A stretch of DNA of 63,452 bases, filler included, from 3 parts of 3 records of this genome joined end to end with filler, not necessarily neighbours in it; one strand, 5' to 3'. Counted from the first letter of the whole stretch, positions 17,443 to 27,578 are shown. The notes: generated from the sequence alone by a model not told the origin. Program-made: numbers and translations.

Positions 17443-20400
17443 CGTCCTCGTCGTCAAAAGCGTCTGCAGGTTCTATCATTTGCATCAACTCACCCAGCCG
17501 GGCCTGCTCATAAATCGTGGTGGCCGGCAGGTACCACCCTGTTTTGAAAAGTTCCGCCTCCAGGCGCATGGCGGTAATGGAATCGCCCCCCAGCTCAAAA
17601 AAATCGTCATCCGGCTCAGACGTGGAAACGTTCAGAACCTCCTGCCACGCAAAAATCAAGGCCTGTGCCGCCATATCATTCCCGGTCAAATCCGCATCAG
17701 AGGAACGCTGCGGGATGTGCGCAGTGTCATCCTCCCCTTCCGGTTTTAATTCATGCAGAATTTGGCCTGAAGGCCAGGGTAGCTGGCCCAGAGGCCGGCC
17801 TGGCTCGGCGCAGGCTGTCCGGATAACCGTTGCCATTGCATCTGCCCAGCCCTTCATCAGATCGGGTTGGAACAAGTCCCTGGCATAAATCAATTCCAGA
17901 AAAATCTGATCCCGGCCCTCCCGGATCTCAAGGATCATATCGAACATGGCCGTGGGACGGTTGACCCCTGGAACAATCCTGGCGCAGACCTCTTGGTCCG
18001 CCGATTTTAACACCGGGAAAGACCGGGGCTGGGGAAGCCGGTTGATCATCACGTCGAACAGGGGACTTCGCCCTGGAATCCGGGAGGGCTTGACCAGCTG
18101 AACAATCCGTTCAAGCGAGCAGGTCTGGTGTTCCCAGGCATCCAGAAAGCCTTCCCGGACCTCCCGAAGCCAGTCTGAAAACGGCTGGGCCCCGTCCTGT
18201 ACCGGTCGAAGACGCAAGGGCAGTGTTCTAACAAACATCCCTTTGCAAAACTGGAGTGCCGGATGATCCCTTCCAGCAAAAGGCACGCCCATCACGATGT
18301 CGTCAAACCCTTGGGTAACGGCTGCTTGGCGAGAAACAAATGCGGCCCAAACCGCCAGCATAATTTGAAATACGGAGACCCTGTAAATCTCGGCCAGTTT
18401 TGCCAAAGCGTCCCGGTCCTCTTTTCCCAGGACCACCCGGGCAACGGCACTGCCCCCTGTCAGGGCAGAGGGTCTGGGGGAAACAGCGCCTGAAAGATCC
18501 AAGGGCGGCGGGAGGTCGTTCAACTGTTCCTGCCAGAAGTTTTCAGATATTTTAAGTTCCCGCCTGTCTTGCCGATTACGGTCCCAAAGGACATAATCGG
18601 TCATTAGAACAGTCTGACCGCCTCCTGGATCGTGAATTTCTCCAGCCATGTACAAATCCCACCAGGCATCCATCAAAAGACGGGACGAAGCCGCATCCAC
18701 GAGGATATGATGGGTTGTCAGCCCCAAAAAACTGCAACGGGAATTGATTTCGATACGGACCACGTAAAAGAGAGGCGATCGGGACAGATCAATGGCCGGC
18801 CGGGCAAGACTTAGTTTCTCCCACAGCAGGCGTGCCTGTTCCGGATCCGACGCATGATGACACTCAAAATCATAGGTCACGGTATCGTCGATCACCCAGG
18901 CCGGCTCCCCGTCCGTCTCAATAAACCTGGAGCGCAGGAGAGGCTCCTGCTCAACCAGCCTGGCAAACACTTCTTCCAGCCGATGGCCGTCAACATCCCC
19001 TTCCACCATCATGCAGGTATCTATTTCGTAAGCCCGTGGATCTTTGCCCAGACGCCACACCAGGTACATCTGCCGCATGGGCATGGTCAGGGGATACCGG
19101 TCCCGGGGTGGAGATGCGGGAATGCGTGATACGTCGGCCGCATCCCCGGCCAGATCAATCATTTCAAGAACTGCCGACGGCCAGGGTCTGCGAAAAATTT
19201 CTCCGTATGATAAATCAACTGAAAACTCGCTGCGCAGCATAAGCTGAAGCCCCGCAAGTTTCAAGGAATCCCCCCCCAGGGCAAAAAAATTGTCCAAAGG
19301 GTTGACACTGGAAACCAGTAGTTTCTTTGCAAAAATTTCACACAGGCGGCCCAGGCGTAGATTATGATCGGGCACTGAATCCTTTAGATCAACAATACCC
19401 GCAGACGCCATGTTTTGCGCCGGAAATTGTGGAAGCCGGGAGCGCTCAATCTTACCGTGTACCCCTCTTGGCAAGGCCTGCATTATTTTAATCCGGACAG
19501 GCACCATGTACTCGGGCACAAGGGCGGTTAGCTGGGATTTCAGGACCTGGGAGTCAAGTTTGTCTCCTGCGGCCCAGGCGTAAAGGGCCATCCCGTGATC
19601 GGCCGTTTTTTGAGCAACGACCACACATTCACGTACGCCGTCACAGCTATTCAATTTCACTTCCACATGACCCGGATCCACACGCATCCCGCGAATTTTT
19701 ACGACAAAATCACTGCGCCCGCAATGGACCAGCAGTCCGTTTTCATCCAGGCGAGCCTGGTCCCCGGACAGATAAAGGCGGTTGTAGCCGGAAGCATCCA
19801 TGCCGTCAAATGAACTCGAATCTGTCAGAGGGGGCGTATACACTGAAGGTTGGACATGGGTAAAGGGATTGGTGATGAAACACTCCTGTGTCCTCTCCGG
19901 CATCCCCAGGTACCCCCTGGCCAAGGACGGGGAACTTACCGCCATTGTGCCCATCTCTCCCGGACGGATCATATTATTTTGATCATCCAGGAGATAGATC
20001 CGGGAAGGACCAAATGCCCTGCCCAGGGGAATATTGGATTCATATGCCTTTTGGATGGATAAAAATGTGACGGAACCACCGTTTTCAGCCATGCCCAGGG
20101 AGTACAAAATTTCGTAAGGGGTATGGGAACAAGAGCGCAGGGGACCGCCGGCCACCCGGACATACTTCAGGGACTGTCCGCTGCAGTTGTGGCTGAACAT
20201 CTCAGCCATATCCGGAGAAAGAAAGACGTATCGAATTTCATGCCTCTCAAAATAGGTCTCCAGGGCCAGGGGATCGCGTCGCACCGTTTCACTCAAAATA
20301 TGCAGGGTCATGCCGGAAGCCAGGGGATAAAGCAGTTCCCAGGGCGCAGCAATAAACCCCAAAGGCGCAAAAGCTGCGGTGTGTGATCCGGGGGGGAGAT

Positions 20401-21040
20401 CCATGTATGATTTTTGCCAGGCCAACATGGAAGAGATGGCCCGGTGCTCAAGAACGGCACCCTTAGGCTGCCCGGTGGATCCGGAGGTAAATATGGCGGT
20501 GGCAATATCCCGTGGGTTTGGAATAAACCGATCCGATGCTTCAAAAGACTCTGACACCGCTTTTTTGTGAAGCCCCGGATCGGTCAGGTCGATGCAGGGG
20601 ATGTTCTCCAGGCCTTGATTCCCGGGCTCAGAAGTCAATATCGCCGTCACGAGGGTTGTTTGGGCAATCTGACGAATGTAGGCCTCGGGAGCGTCACCGG
20701 GCACGCAGATATAAGCCCCGCCTGCCCGGAGCACCGAAAGAATGCCCACGGCCGCAGCAACGGTTCTACCTGTCAATACCATAATCCAGGGGGACACATC
20801 TGCCTTTTCCGGATAACCAATGTCGTAATTTTCAGGACAGGAACTTTCACCCAGACCCAAAGCCCTGAGGCGACCGGCGACCAAGCGCGAAAGCCGGTCT
20901 AACTCCTTAAAGGTTAGCTGCTGCCGGTCATCCCTGACCGCAGGCCGATCTGGATAAGTTGCCGCACATTTGTAAAACTGTTCCAGAAATGAAATTCCGG
21001 ACAGAAACTCGAAGCTCACTTCGTCAACACAGGAAGTCAT
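17429..21040 (-). CDS. NRPS, A-T-C-T (atypical starter A domain; second module lacks A)
   Basis: A: LTFKEL, IFTSGSTGQPKG, degenerate FIAAPW / SLGMAE / YLSGDQ, HGKIER. T: GGDSL (19265-19267). C: HHILVDA. T: GGDSI (17579-17581). Acidic C-terminal tail DAFDDEDDEFA. Confidence 0.93.
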   Translation of the reverse strand: MTSCVDEVSFEFLSGISFLEQFYKCAATYPDRPAVRDDRQQLTFKELDRLSRLVAGRLRALGLGESSCPENYDIGYPEKADVSPWIMVLTGRTVAAAVGILSVLRAGGAYICVPGDAPEAYIRQIAQTTLVTAILTSEPGNQGLENIPCIDLTDPGLHKKAVSESFEASDRFIPNPRDIATAIFTSGSTGQPKGAVLEHRAISSMLAWQKSYMDLPPGSHTAAFAPLGFIAAPWELLYPLASGMTLHILSETVRRDPLALETYFERHEIRYVFLSPDMAEMFSHNCSGQSLKYVRVAGGPLRSCSHTPYEILYSLGMAENGGSVTFLSIQKAYESNIPLGRAFGPSRIYLLDDQNNMIRPGEMGTMAVSSPSLARGYLGMPERTQECFITNPFTHVQPSVYTPPLTDSSSFDGMDASGYNRLYLSGDQARLDENGLLVHCGRSDFVVKIRGMRVDPGHVEVKLNSCDGVRECVVVAQKTADHGMALYAWAAGDKLDSQVLKSQLTALVPEYMVPVRIKIMQALPRGVHGKIERSRLPQFPAQNMASAGIVDLKDSVPDHNLRLGRLCEIFAKKLLVSSVNPLDNFFALGGDSLKLAGLQLMLRSEFSVDLSYGEIFRRPWPSAVLEMIDLAGDAADVSRIPASPPRDRYPLTMPMRQMYLVWRLGKDPRAYEIDTCMMVEGDVDGHRLEEVFARLVEQEPLLRSRFIETDGEPAWVIDDTVTYDFECHHASDPEQARLLWEKLSLARPAIDLSRSPLFYVVRIEINSRCSFLGLTTHHILVDAASSRLLMDAWWDLYMAGEIHDPGGGQTVLMTDYVLWDRNRQDRRELKISENFWQEQLNDLPPPLDLSGAVSPRPSALTGGSAVARVVLGKEDRDALAKLAEIYRVSVFQIMLAVWAAFVSRQAAVTQGFDDIVMGVPFAGRDHPALQFCKGMFVRTLPLRLRPVQDGAQPFSDWLREVREGFLDAWEHQTCSLERIVQLVKPSRIPGRSPLFDVMINRLPQPRSFPVLKSADQEVCARIVPGVNRPTAMFDMILEIREGRDQIFLELIYARDLFQPDLMKGWADAMATVIRTACAEPGRPLGQLPWPSGQILHELKPEGEDDTAHIPQRSSDADLTGNDMAAQALIFAWQEVLNVSTSEPDDDFFELGGDSITAMRLEAELFKTGWYLPATTIYEQARLGELMQMIEPADAFDDEDDEFA

Positions 21041-21381
21041 TGGTTAAGTTTATCCAACACTATAATATTGATTATGTTGCCCATTCCTTGGGCTCTGGAT
21101 AGAGCAGGCACGCACAGGGCCACCATTGCCGGTATCCTGTCCCCTGAATCCGGGCAGCGATTTTCCGGACGGATTAAAAACAAGAAATGCAACCAAAGAA
21201 AATTTGAAAAAGCATGCTCTGCGCAGCTATCCCTTGCAAAACAAGCCCAAATTATACAAATAACACCTGCGACCTATGGCGCGATACCATAGGCATACCA
21301 GACGTACATCGTGCCTGGTCAAAATCAGGTATAATTTAAATTTCGGTTCAAATTAAAAACAGCCTGGAATTAAACCCCGGC

Positions 21382-21921
21382 TTAGGCGGCTGCAGTTGCG
21401 CCCCGTTTTCCGGCAATCAAGTCTGCCATTTTTTGTCTGGCAACCTGAACGGCAGACTTAAAGCTGTCCGAGAGCTCACCTGCCGCCGTCCCAACAAGGG
21501 AACCGCCCTGGGCAAAATGTGTGGCAAACACATGCCCCAGTGCGTAGGTACTTACCCCGTTCAACACCGGTCCTGTGGCAATGGCCAGGGGAAGCCCCAC
21601 CAAGGGAATGGCTAAAGCAACGCCCCCGACCGCTGGAGATGCCAGGCTAACCGCTCCACTTGAAAGCAGGCCGGATATGATATTTCGCGCGGCAGTTTCG
21701 CTAAAGGTTTTATCATACTTGGTACAAAGGCTTTTAACAAGCCCGACTTGAATGGCGGTAACTCCGGCAAAATTAATTAAAGGTAATCCCAGAAGGCCGA
21801 CGCCGGCAGCATAGTTGGCACGCCTGCGAATGAGCTTAGTGATTTCCTCCGACGCCGGATCAATCGGCTTGGGGGCTTCGGTAGTCTTGTTTTCTTGTTT
21901 TTCCTGCATTTTTTCGGTCAT
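21382..21921 (-). CDS. DUF697/YcjF-like hydrophobic helical protein
   Basis: Pattern I....YAAG.GL..LP....AGV.AIQ..LV..L...Y...F and STYALG.VF..HF..GG.L. Start ATG 21921 follows GAGGGA. Confidence 0.7.
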   Translation of the reverse strand: MTEKMQEKQENKTTEAPKPIDPASEEITKLIRRRANYAAGVGLLGLPLINFAGVTAIQVGLVKSLCTKYDKTFSETAARNIISGLLSSGAVSLASPAVGGVALAIPLVGLPLAIATGPVLNGVSTYALGHVFATHFAQGGSLVGTAAGELSDSFKSAVQVARQKMADLIAGKRGATAAA

Positions 21922-22313
21922 ATTCCCTCGCATGACAATTGTTTACTGTGAACACCACAGCGTTTGTATTTGTCCCGTTTATCGGAACCGGGCCCTCAGA
22001 AGACCCATAATAGTTTTGGGGATGCATGTTTAAGTTTTGAAACTATAATCAATTCACATTTGTTTCGCAAGAATAAATTCGCAGCTAACGCAACTGGAAA
22101 TTGTTTGGATGCTGAGGGAGAACTATTTTCACCTCAGCCATCCTGGGCTTGTCGGAATGAAAAGGGATATGCCCGGTATATTAAGAACCGTAGATTAAAA
22201 AGTTTTTCGGACCAGGGTCGACGTTAGGCAATTGGCATCATCCTTTTCCGGATACCACAGATTGTAGTGCAGCCCGCGGCTCTCCTTGCGCATTAATGCG
22301 GACTTAATGATCA

Positions 22314-22413
22314 NNNNNNNNNNNNNNNNNNNNNNNNNNNNNNNNNNNNNNNNNNNNTTAATTAATTAANNNNNNNNNNNNNNNNNNNNNNNNNNNNNNN
22401 NNNNNNNNNNNNN
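22314..22413. other. Artificial contig spacer (44 N + TTAATTAATTAA + 44 N)
   Basis: Exactly 100 bp with an all-frame stop linker, identical to the second spacer. Confidence 0.98.
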
Positions 22414-22828
22414 ACGACAGCGCCGCGAGGTCACGGAGATTCGCTTCCGGTGAGGCATACCCGGCGATGATGAAGGCGAGGGGGCCGGCGACGACCAGGC
22501 CGAACTGCGGCACCGCCATTCCGAATCCGTTGCCGCCCTTGATGGTGGCGGCGAAAGCCACCAGTGCGGCCATGATCATCACCGGACCGCGCCACGATGA
22601 GCGGAAGTATTGGGCCGAGGATTCACGCTGGAAGATGCCGGTAACCAAGATGATGACCCCGGCGACGAACAGGATCATCGACAGGCCGCGCGGCAGCATG
22701 CCCGGGCCGAAATACTTGATGGTTCCGATCTCGAGGGGCTCGACCTGGAACCACGCGATCAAGGCGATGAGAATCAAGGAAAGTCCCGAGAGGACGTTGA
22801 TGCGAAGCACCTTCGAAGGCCCGGCCAA
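22414..22828 (-). CDS. tctB: TctB-family tripartite tricarboxylate transporter small subunit, truncated by contig end
   Basis: L.IGT...FGPGMLP motif and several TMs. Probable TTG start at 22828 after GGGAGG. Confidence 0.75.
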
Positions 22829-23026
22829 TTGATCCCTCCCGTCCAAGTGTCCCGACTTGGAAAAACTCGCCGATTTGTGGGGCGATCTTAACCCAGTGCG
22901 CGGATTCCGGATGGCGCGTCTGGCGGTATTTCGGCTGGTGAAACATTGAATGGGATGCCGGATGCCGAACGCAGCAGGCACGGCGCAGCCGACCTTGGCC
23001 GGAAAACGAATACGCCGTTCGGGTCT

Positions 23027-23791
23027 TCAGCCCCTGACGGAATAGCCCCCGTCGACGACGATGGCCTCTCCGTTGATGAAGTCGGAGGCGGCAGATGCCA
23101 GGAATACGGCGATGCCGGCGAAATCCTCGGGGTCGCCCCATCGGTTCGTTGGCGTCCGGACGATTACCGCTTCCTCGAGACCTGGAAAATCGGCGCGTAC
23201 GCCGACCGACAGCGGGGTGTCGATCCATCCCGGCAGGATGGCATTGGCCTGGATGTTGTCCTTGGCCCACGCGCAGGTCAGTGCCCTGGTCAATTGGACG
23301 ATGCCCCCCTTGCTTGACCCGTAGGCGACGGAGACCGGGCTGCCGAGGAACGACATGAGCGAGCCGACATTGATGATCTTGCCTCCGCCCACCTTGAGAA
23401 AGTGCGGATAGACCGCTTGGCTCAGCACGAATGCTGCCGTCAGGTTGGTGTCGATGACGTCGTGCCACTCGGCGAGTGAGAAGTCCTGGGGCGCCTTCCG
23501 GTAGTTGATGCCCGAGTTGTTGACGAGGACGTCGATGCGCCCGAATTGTCGAACCGCGTCGTCGGTCAACGCGGCGCACGCCTCCGGTTTGCGGATGTCC
23601 GTCAGAATGCTGACGGCGTTGATGCCGTCTTTTTCAAGCGCCTCGACGGCGGTTGCGCTTTTTTCGGGATTGCGCGCCGCGATTACGACGGTGGCGCCGG
23701 CCTCGCCGAGACCGCGCGCAATTCCCAAACCGATGCCGCCGTTTCCGCCGGTAACGATGGCGACTTTGCCGTTCAGGTCAAATCTGTTCAT
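23027..23791 (-). CDS. SDR oxidoreductase (KduD/gluconate 5-dehydrogenase-like)
   Basis: VTGGNGGIG, NNSG, YGSSK, NAILPGWI.T. Start ATG 23791. Confidence 0.9.
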   Translation of the reverse strand: MNRFDLNGKVAIVTGGNGGIGLGIARGLGEAGATVVIAARNPEKSATAVEALEKDGINAVSILTDIRKPEACAALTDDAVRQFGRIDVLVNNSGINYRKAPQDFSLAEWHDVIDTNLTAAFVLSQAVYPHFLKVGGGKIINVGSLMSFLGSPVSVAYGSSKGGIVQLTRALTCAWAKDNIQANAILPGWIDTPLSVGVRADFPGLEEAVIVRTPTNRWGDPEDFAGIAVFLASAASDFINGEAIVVDGGYSVRG

Positions 23792-23899
23792 GGTCGTGCC
23801 TTGCCGCTTTGCACGTTCGACATCGGATGCATGGCGTTCCCTCGATCCAGGTTGACTTGTGTAAGAACCATATACCATATGGCCCCGGCTTGGGGCCGT

Positions 23900-24760
23900 T
23901 CAGAATGCGTAGAACCGTGCCGGATTGTCGACCAGAACCCGCTTGCGCAGGTCGGCATCCGGCACGAGTTCCTCGATAAGGTCGACGAGCCGGCCGTCGT
24001 CCGGCATGGCCCCCTTCAGGACGGGATGCGGCCAGTCCGTTCCCCACAGCGTTCTATCCGGCGCCGCCGCCACGAGGGCATGGGCGATCGGCATCATATC
24101 GGCGTAGGGCGGGCCCGTGGCGGAGCCGCGCTCGATCGCGGATATCTTGATCCAGGCGTTGTCGGCTTGGAGCAGGTCCAAAAGCGTCTCGAAATACACG
24201 CTCCCGTAATGCCCGGCCGACAATCGGCCCATGTGGTCGATGGCGTATGGCGCCCGAAGCTTCCGTATCCAGGGTTTCAACTCGGGCAACAGGTGGGCGT
24301 CGACATGAATAAGGATGTGCCACGCGAACGGTGCGATGCGCTCGATAAGCCGGTCGATCGCATTGAAATCCGGCGCCGGTGATGCCCCGTCGACGAAATT
24401 GTACCTGACGCCCCGGACGCCGCCTTCATGAAGAATCTCGATTTGACGGTCTTCGGCATAGGTGGGAACCAAGGCCACCCCTCTGCTGTTTGCAGGATCG
24501 CTGGCGACCGCATCGAGCATGGCGCGGTTGTCGAAGCCGTGGCAGGCCGACTGTACGTAGACGGTGCGCGAGATACCCAGGAGCCTGTGCAAGGCGATCA
24601 GTTTTTCTTTCGGAGCGTCGGCGGGTGTATAGGTCCGGCTCGCACTGAGGGGAAATTTGTATGCAGGGCCGAAGACATGGCAGTGCGCATCGCACGCGCC
24701 CGCGGGCAGAACGAAAGTCGGTTTGCTGGGATTCGGATGCGGGTGCGGATAAGATGTCAT
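23900..24760 (-). CDS. Amidohydrolase-family lactonase (LigI / 2-pyrone-4,6-dicarboxylate lactonase-like)
   Basis: GACDAHCHVFGP, GVRGVRYNF, IDHMGR, LWGTDWPHP, LVDNPARFY. Confidence 0.85.
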   Translation of the reverse strand: MTSYPHPHPNPSKPTFVLPAGACDAHCHVFGPAYKFPLSASRTYTPADAPKEKLIALHRLLGISRTVYVQSACHGFDNRAMLDAVASDPANSRGVALVPTYAEDRQIEILHEGGVRGVRYNFVDGASPAPDFNAIDRLIERIAPFAWHILIHVDAHLLPELKPWIRKLRAPYAIDHMGRLSAGHYGSVYFETLLDLLQADNAWIKISAIERGSATGPPYADMMPIAHALVAAAPDRTLWGTDWPHPVLKGAMPDDGRLVDLIEELVPDADLRKRVLVDNPARFYAF

Positions 24761-25414
24761 CGGCAGACCTACCATTCGTGCCAGTCGTGCCAGTCGTACG
24801 CCGAGGAAATCACTGTTTGGTGGCAATCAACATTGCTCGACAACGGTGTCGATTCCAACCGATTGTGACATTCGGCAGGCGCCTGCGCACATGCGTCCCA
24901 GGCATATTTCATCCAACGAAATTGGGCCCGAATGGATCGGCTGGGTCCATGGACAGAAACGATAGGAAACCGGATTCAAAATCCCAAGGCCGGTTCAACA
25001 CTGCCTTGTCGGCAGCAAACGGTGTCGGGACGGGAAACGATGATTCGAAATATACGCACATTTTCAATTCGCGCAAAATATGAACGAAACAACATAATAT
25101 TGATCAGACAGATCGGCGCGGGAAAATATGTTCGTTCGTTTCCCGCAACCGAATGCGGCGCCAACCCGTTCGGAAATCCCGACACAACACGCGATAAGTA
25201 AAACGTCTTGTCGCAGAAAATAAGGAGAAATAGTTGTTTTTCCGATTTTCGGGCATTGTTGGCAGGTTCAAATTCGTCGTCGGAGATCAACCGCCGACTG
25301 TCGCATCGGGGATTCGAAAAAACGTGATATCGGTTTTTGTTCAAAAATATTACATTGCGTTCAAATATTGTGCTCCGGTAAGGTCGGGGTCAGTTGGCCC
25401 ACGGAGGAAACATT

Positions 25415-26194
25415 GTGTCGATAAGCAGCATCAGCAAAAGCTCAACCGTACTCAGAGCCCTGAAGGTGTTGGAGGTCGTCGGCGAAACCCGCGAGGCGGT
25501 TTCGGCCGCCGACGTGGCCCAGGAGATCGGCGCCGACCGCAGCACCACATACCGCATGCTGGCAACCCTCGAGGATGCAGGCTACGTGGTTAGGGACGAA
25601 TACGGGAAAAAGTTCAAGCTGAGCTACAAGGTGATATCCCTGGGCCGAAATCTCCTGGCCGAGGACGAGCAGCATGAATTGATAAGGACCGCCCTGCGCG
25701 AATTGGCCGCGACAACCAACGAGACGGTCAACTACTCGGTTTTCGAAGGTCGGGAAACGGTCATCATCATGCGGGTTAAGGGATCGCAGTTGGTTTCCGT
25801 CGATTTCCAGGTCGGCGATCGGGCGGCCATTCACTGCACGGCGATCGGAAAGGTGCTTCTCGCCTATCAGGAAAAGGCTGTTATCGAAGAGGTGATTGCT
25901 CAGGGACTGCCCTTGGTGGCAAAGAAAACGATTACCGATCCTGAAGTCTTCCGTGCCGAATTGAAGCGAATCCGGTCGCAGGGGTACGCGATCGACGACG
26001 GTGAATTCGCGGACGAAATGAGATGCATTGCCATTCCGGTATTCGAAAGTGGCGGCAAGGTAAAAGGCGGCATCAATTTCTCTGGGCCCAGTACCCGCTT
26101 CACTTATGAAAAGCTGGATGAACTCAAGGATCTGGCGCTGAATGTCGCACGGCAGCTGTCGGAAAAGCTCGGGGGCGTTGACTGGCCGGCCTAG
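25415..26194 (+). CDS. IclR-family transcriptional regulator
   Basis: N-terminal HTH (RSTTYRMLATL..AGYV), HCTAIGKVLLA, GYAIDDGE, CIAIPV. GTG start follows GGAGG. Confidence 0.92.
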   Translation: MSISSISKSSTVLRALKVLEVVGETREAVSAADVAQEIGADRSTTYRMLATLEDAGYVVRDEYGKKFKLSYKVISLGRNLLAEDEQHELIRTALRELAATTNETVNYSVFEGRETVIIMRVKGSQLVSVDFQVGDRAAIHCTAIGKVLLAYQEKAVIEEVIAQGLPLVAKKTITDPEVFRAELKRIRSQGYAIDDGEFADEMRCIAIPVFESGGKVKGGINFSGPSTRFTYEKLDELKDLALNVARQLSEKLGGVDWPA

Positions 26195-26527
26195 GCGACC
26201 CGCCGGGCTCGATCGAAAAAGCTAGGCCCCGGCTCTTTTGAGGGGGAGATGGCTTCTCTCCGTCGTTCCCGGAATCACATCCGAAAAACAGAGATTTGTG
26301 CCGTGTCGATCGGACCGCGCGCGGTCGTTCGCGTGCGAAGCAAGGGATCAATTTGTGGATATGATGACATTCGTGTTCATTTTTCTATTCAAATAATGAT
26401 CACGATGTGCGATATTTAGTACGTCAGAGAGTTGGAGGATCGGCGTCGTTCGTAACGACGCCCCAGGCGTCGACCAAACTGGCGCCCATAAAATTGGGCG
26501 AATTCACTTTTTAGGGAGACAACACCG

Positions 26528-27565
26528 ATGTTTCACAAAACCAAACCCGCGACGACAGTCGTCGCCGTCGCCCTCGGTATTGGGGTGCTTGGCGTTTCGC
26601 TTGCGCAGGCTGCAGATGTGAAGGTTGCCTTGGTTCCCGGCGGGCCTCATCCATTTTTCGCGCCGTGGGAACAGGCTGCAAAGGATGCGGCGAAAGACTT
26701 CAAACTGGCTGCGGGCGACTACAAGGTTCCGCAGGAGTGGAAGCTGGACCTTCAGAACAAGATGATCGAAAGCCTGACCGCGCAAGGTTATAACGCTTTC
26801 GGCGTGTTCCCGGGTGACGCGACCGGCACCAACGCGACTCTGGAAGAACTGGCCAATTTCGGCGTTCCTTCCGTCGCCATCGGCGGTTGCACGCAAAGCC
26901 CCAGCCCGGCCAAGTTCTGCCTGGCTACCGACGTTTACCGGTCGGCCTATCTCGGCACCAAGGCCCTGATCAAGGAAATGGGCGGCAAGGGTAATATCCT
27001 GCACACTGGCAGCCGTCTGGTCGATCCGAACACGCAACTGCGGATCGCGGCCATCAACAAGGCCGCCGAAGAAGCCGGTCCGAACGTCAAAATCTATCAG
27101 CACCTGACCGACACCGACAGCCAGGAAACCGGCGACCAAAAGATCAACGGTCTGCTTGCCGCCAAGGGCGCCGAAGTCGACGGCATCATCTCCACCGGCT
27201 ATGTGTCCTCCGTCGTTGCCGCGCGTTCGTTGCGCAACATCGGCGACAAGCGCATCAAGATGATCGGCATCGACGACGATCCGATCGTTCTTGACGCGAT
27301 CAAGGACGGATTCCTGCAAGGTACAATGGCCCAAAATCCCTATGGCCAGGGGTATATCGCCGCATTCGCCCTGAAGCGCTTCCTCGAAGGTTGCGACATC
27401 AAGAAGGGCGCGGCTTTCCAGGAAACGCCGCAAAACAAGACGTTCATTGATTCCGGTACCTTGCTTATCCACGCCGGGAACATCGATACCTATAGGGACG
27501 AGCTGAAAAAGATCGCCAACGAGATCATCGGTTCGCTTGAAGAAAAATACCTGACCTGTAAATAG
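26528..27565 (+). CDS. Sugar ABC transporter periplasmic binding protein (RbsB-like)
   Basis: Signal peptide, HPFF, IGIDDD....AIKDG...GTMAQNPYGQGY. Confidence 0.9.
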   Translation: MFHKTKPATTVVAVALGIGVLGVSLAQAADVKVALVPGGPHPFFAPWEQAAKDAAKDFKLAAGDYKVPQEWKLDLQNKMIESLTAQGYNAFGVFPGDATGTNATLEELANFGVPSVAIGGCTQSPSPAKFCLATDVYRSAYLGTKALIKEMGGKGNILHTGSRLVDPNTQLRIAAINKAAEEAGPNVKIYQHLTDTDSQETGDQKINGLLAAKGAEVDGIISTGYVSSVVAARSLRNIGDKRIKMIGIDDDPIVLDAIKDGFLQGTMAQNPYGQGYIAAFALKRFLEGCDIKKGAAFQETPQNKTFIDSGTLLIHAGNIDTYRDELKKIANEIIGSLEEKYLTCK

Positions 27566-27578
27566 TTTCGACTCGATA

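Noticed and set aside
21273-21293. CCTATGG-N7-CCATAGG palindrome upstream of the NRPS (and TTGGCCG-N7-CGGCCAA at 424-444)
   Set aside because: Each is a single 7-bp inverted repeat, the two share no sequence, and both could arise by chance.
22358-22369. TTAATTAATTAA palindrome, repeated at 49508-49519, as a biological repeat or att site
   Set aside because: It is centred in symmetrical 44-N runs and is an all-frame stop linker added when contigs were concatenated. ORFs ending in X...LIN are artefacts.
24778-24797. 9-bp tandem duplication GTGCCAGTC
   Set aside because: Only two copies and no supporting context.
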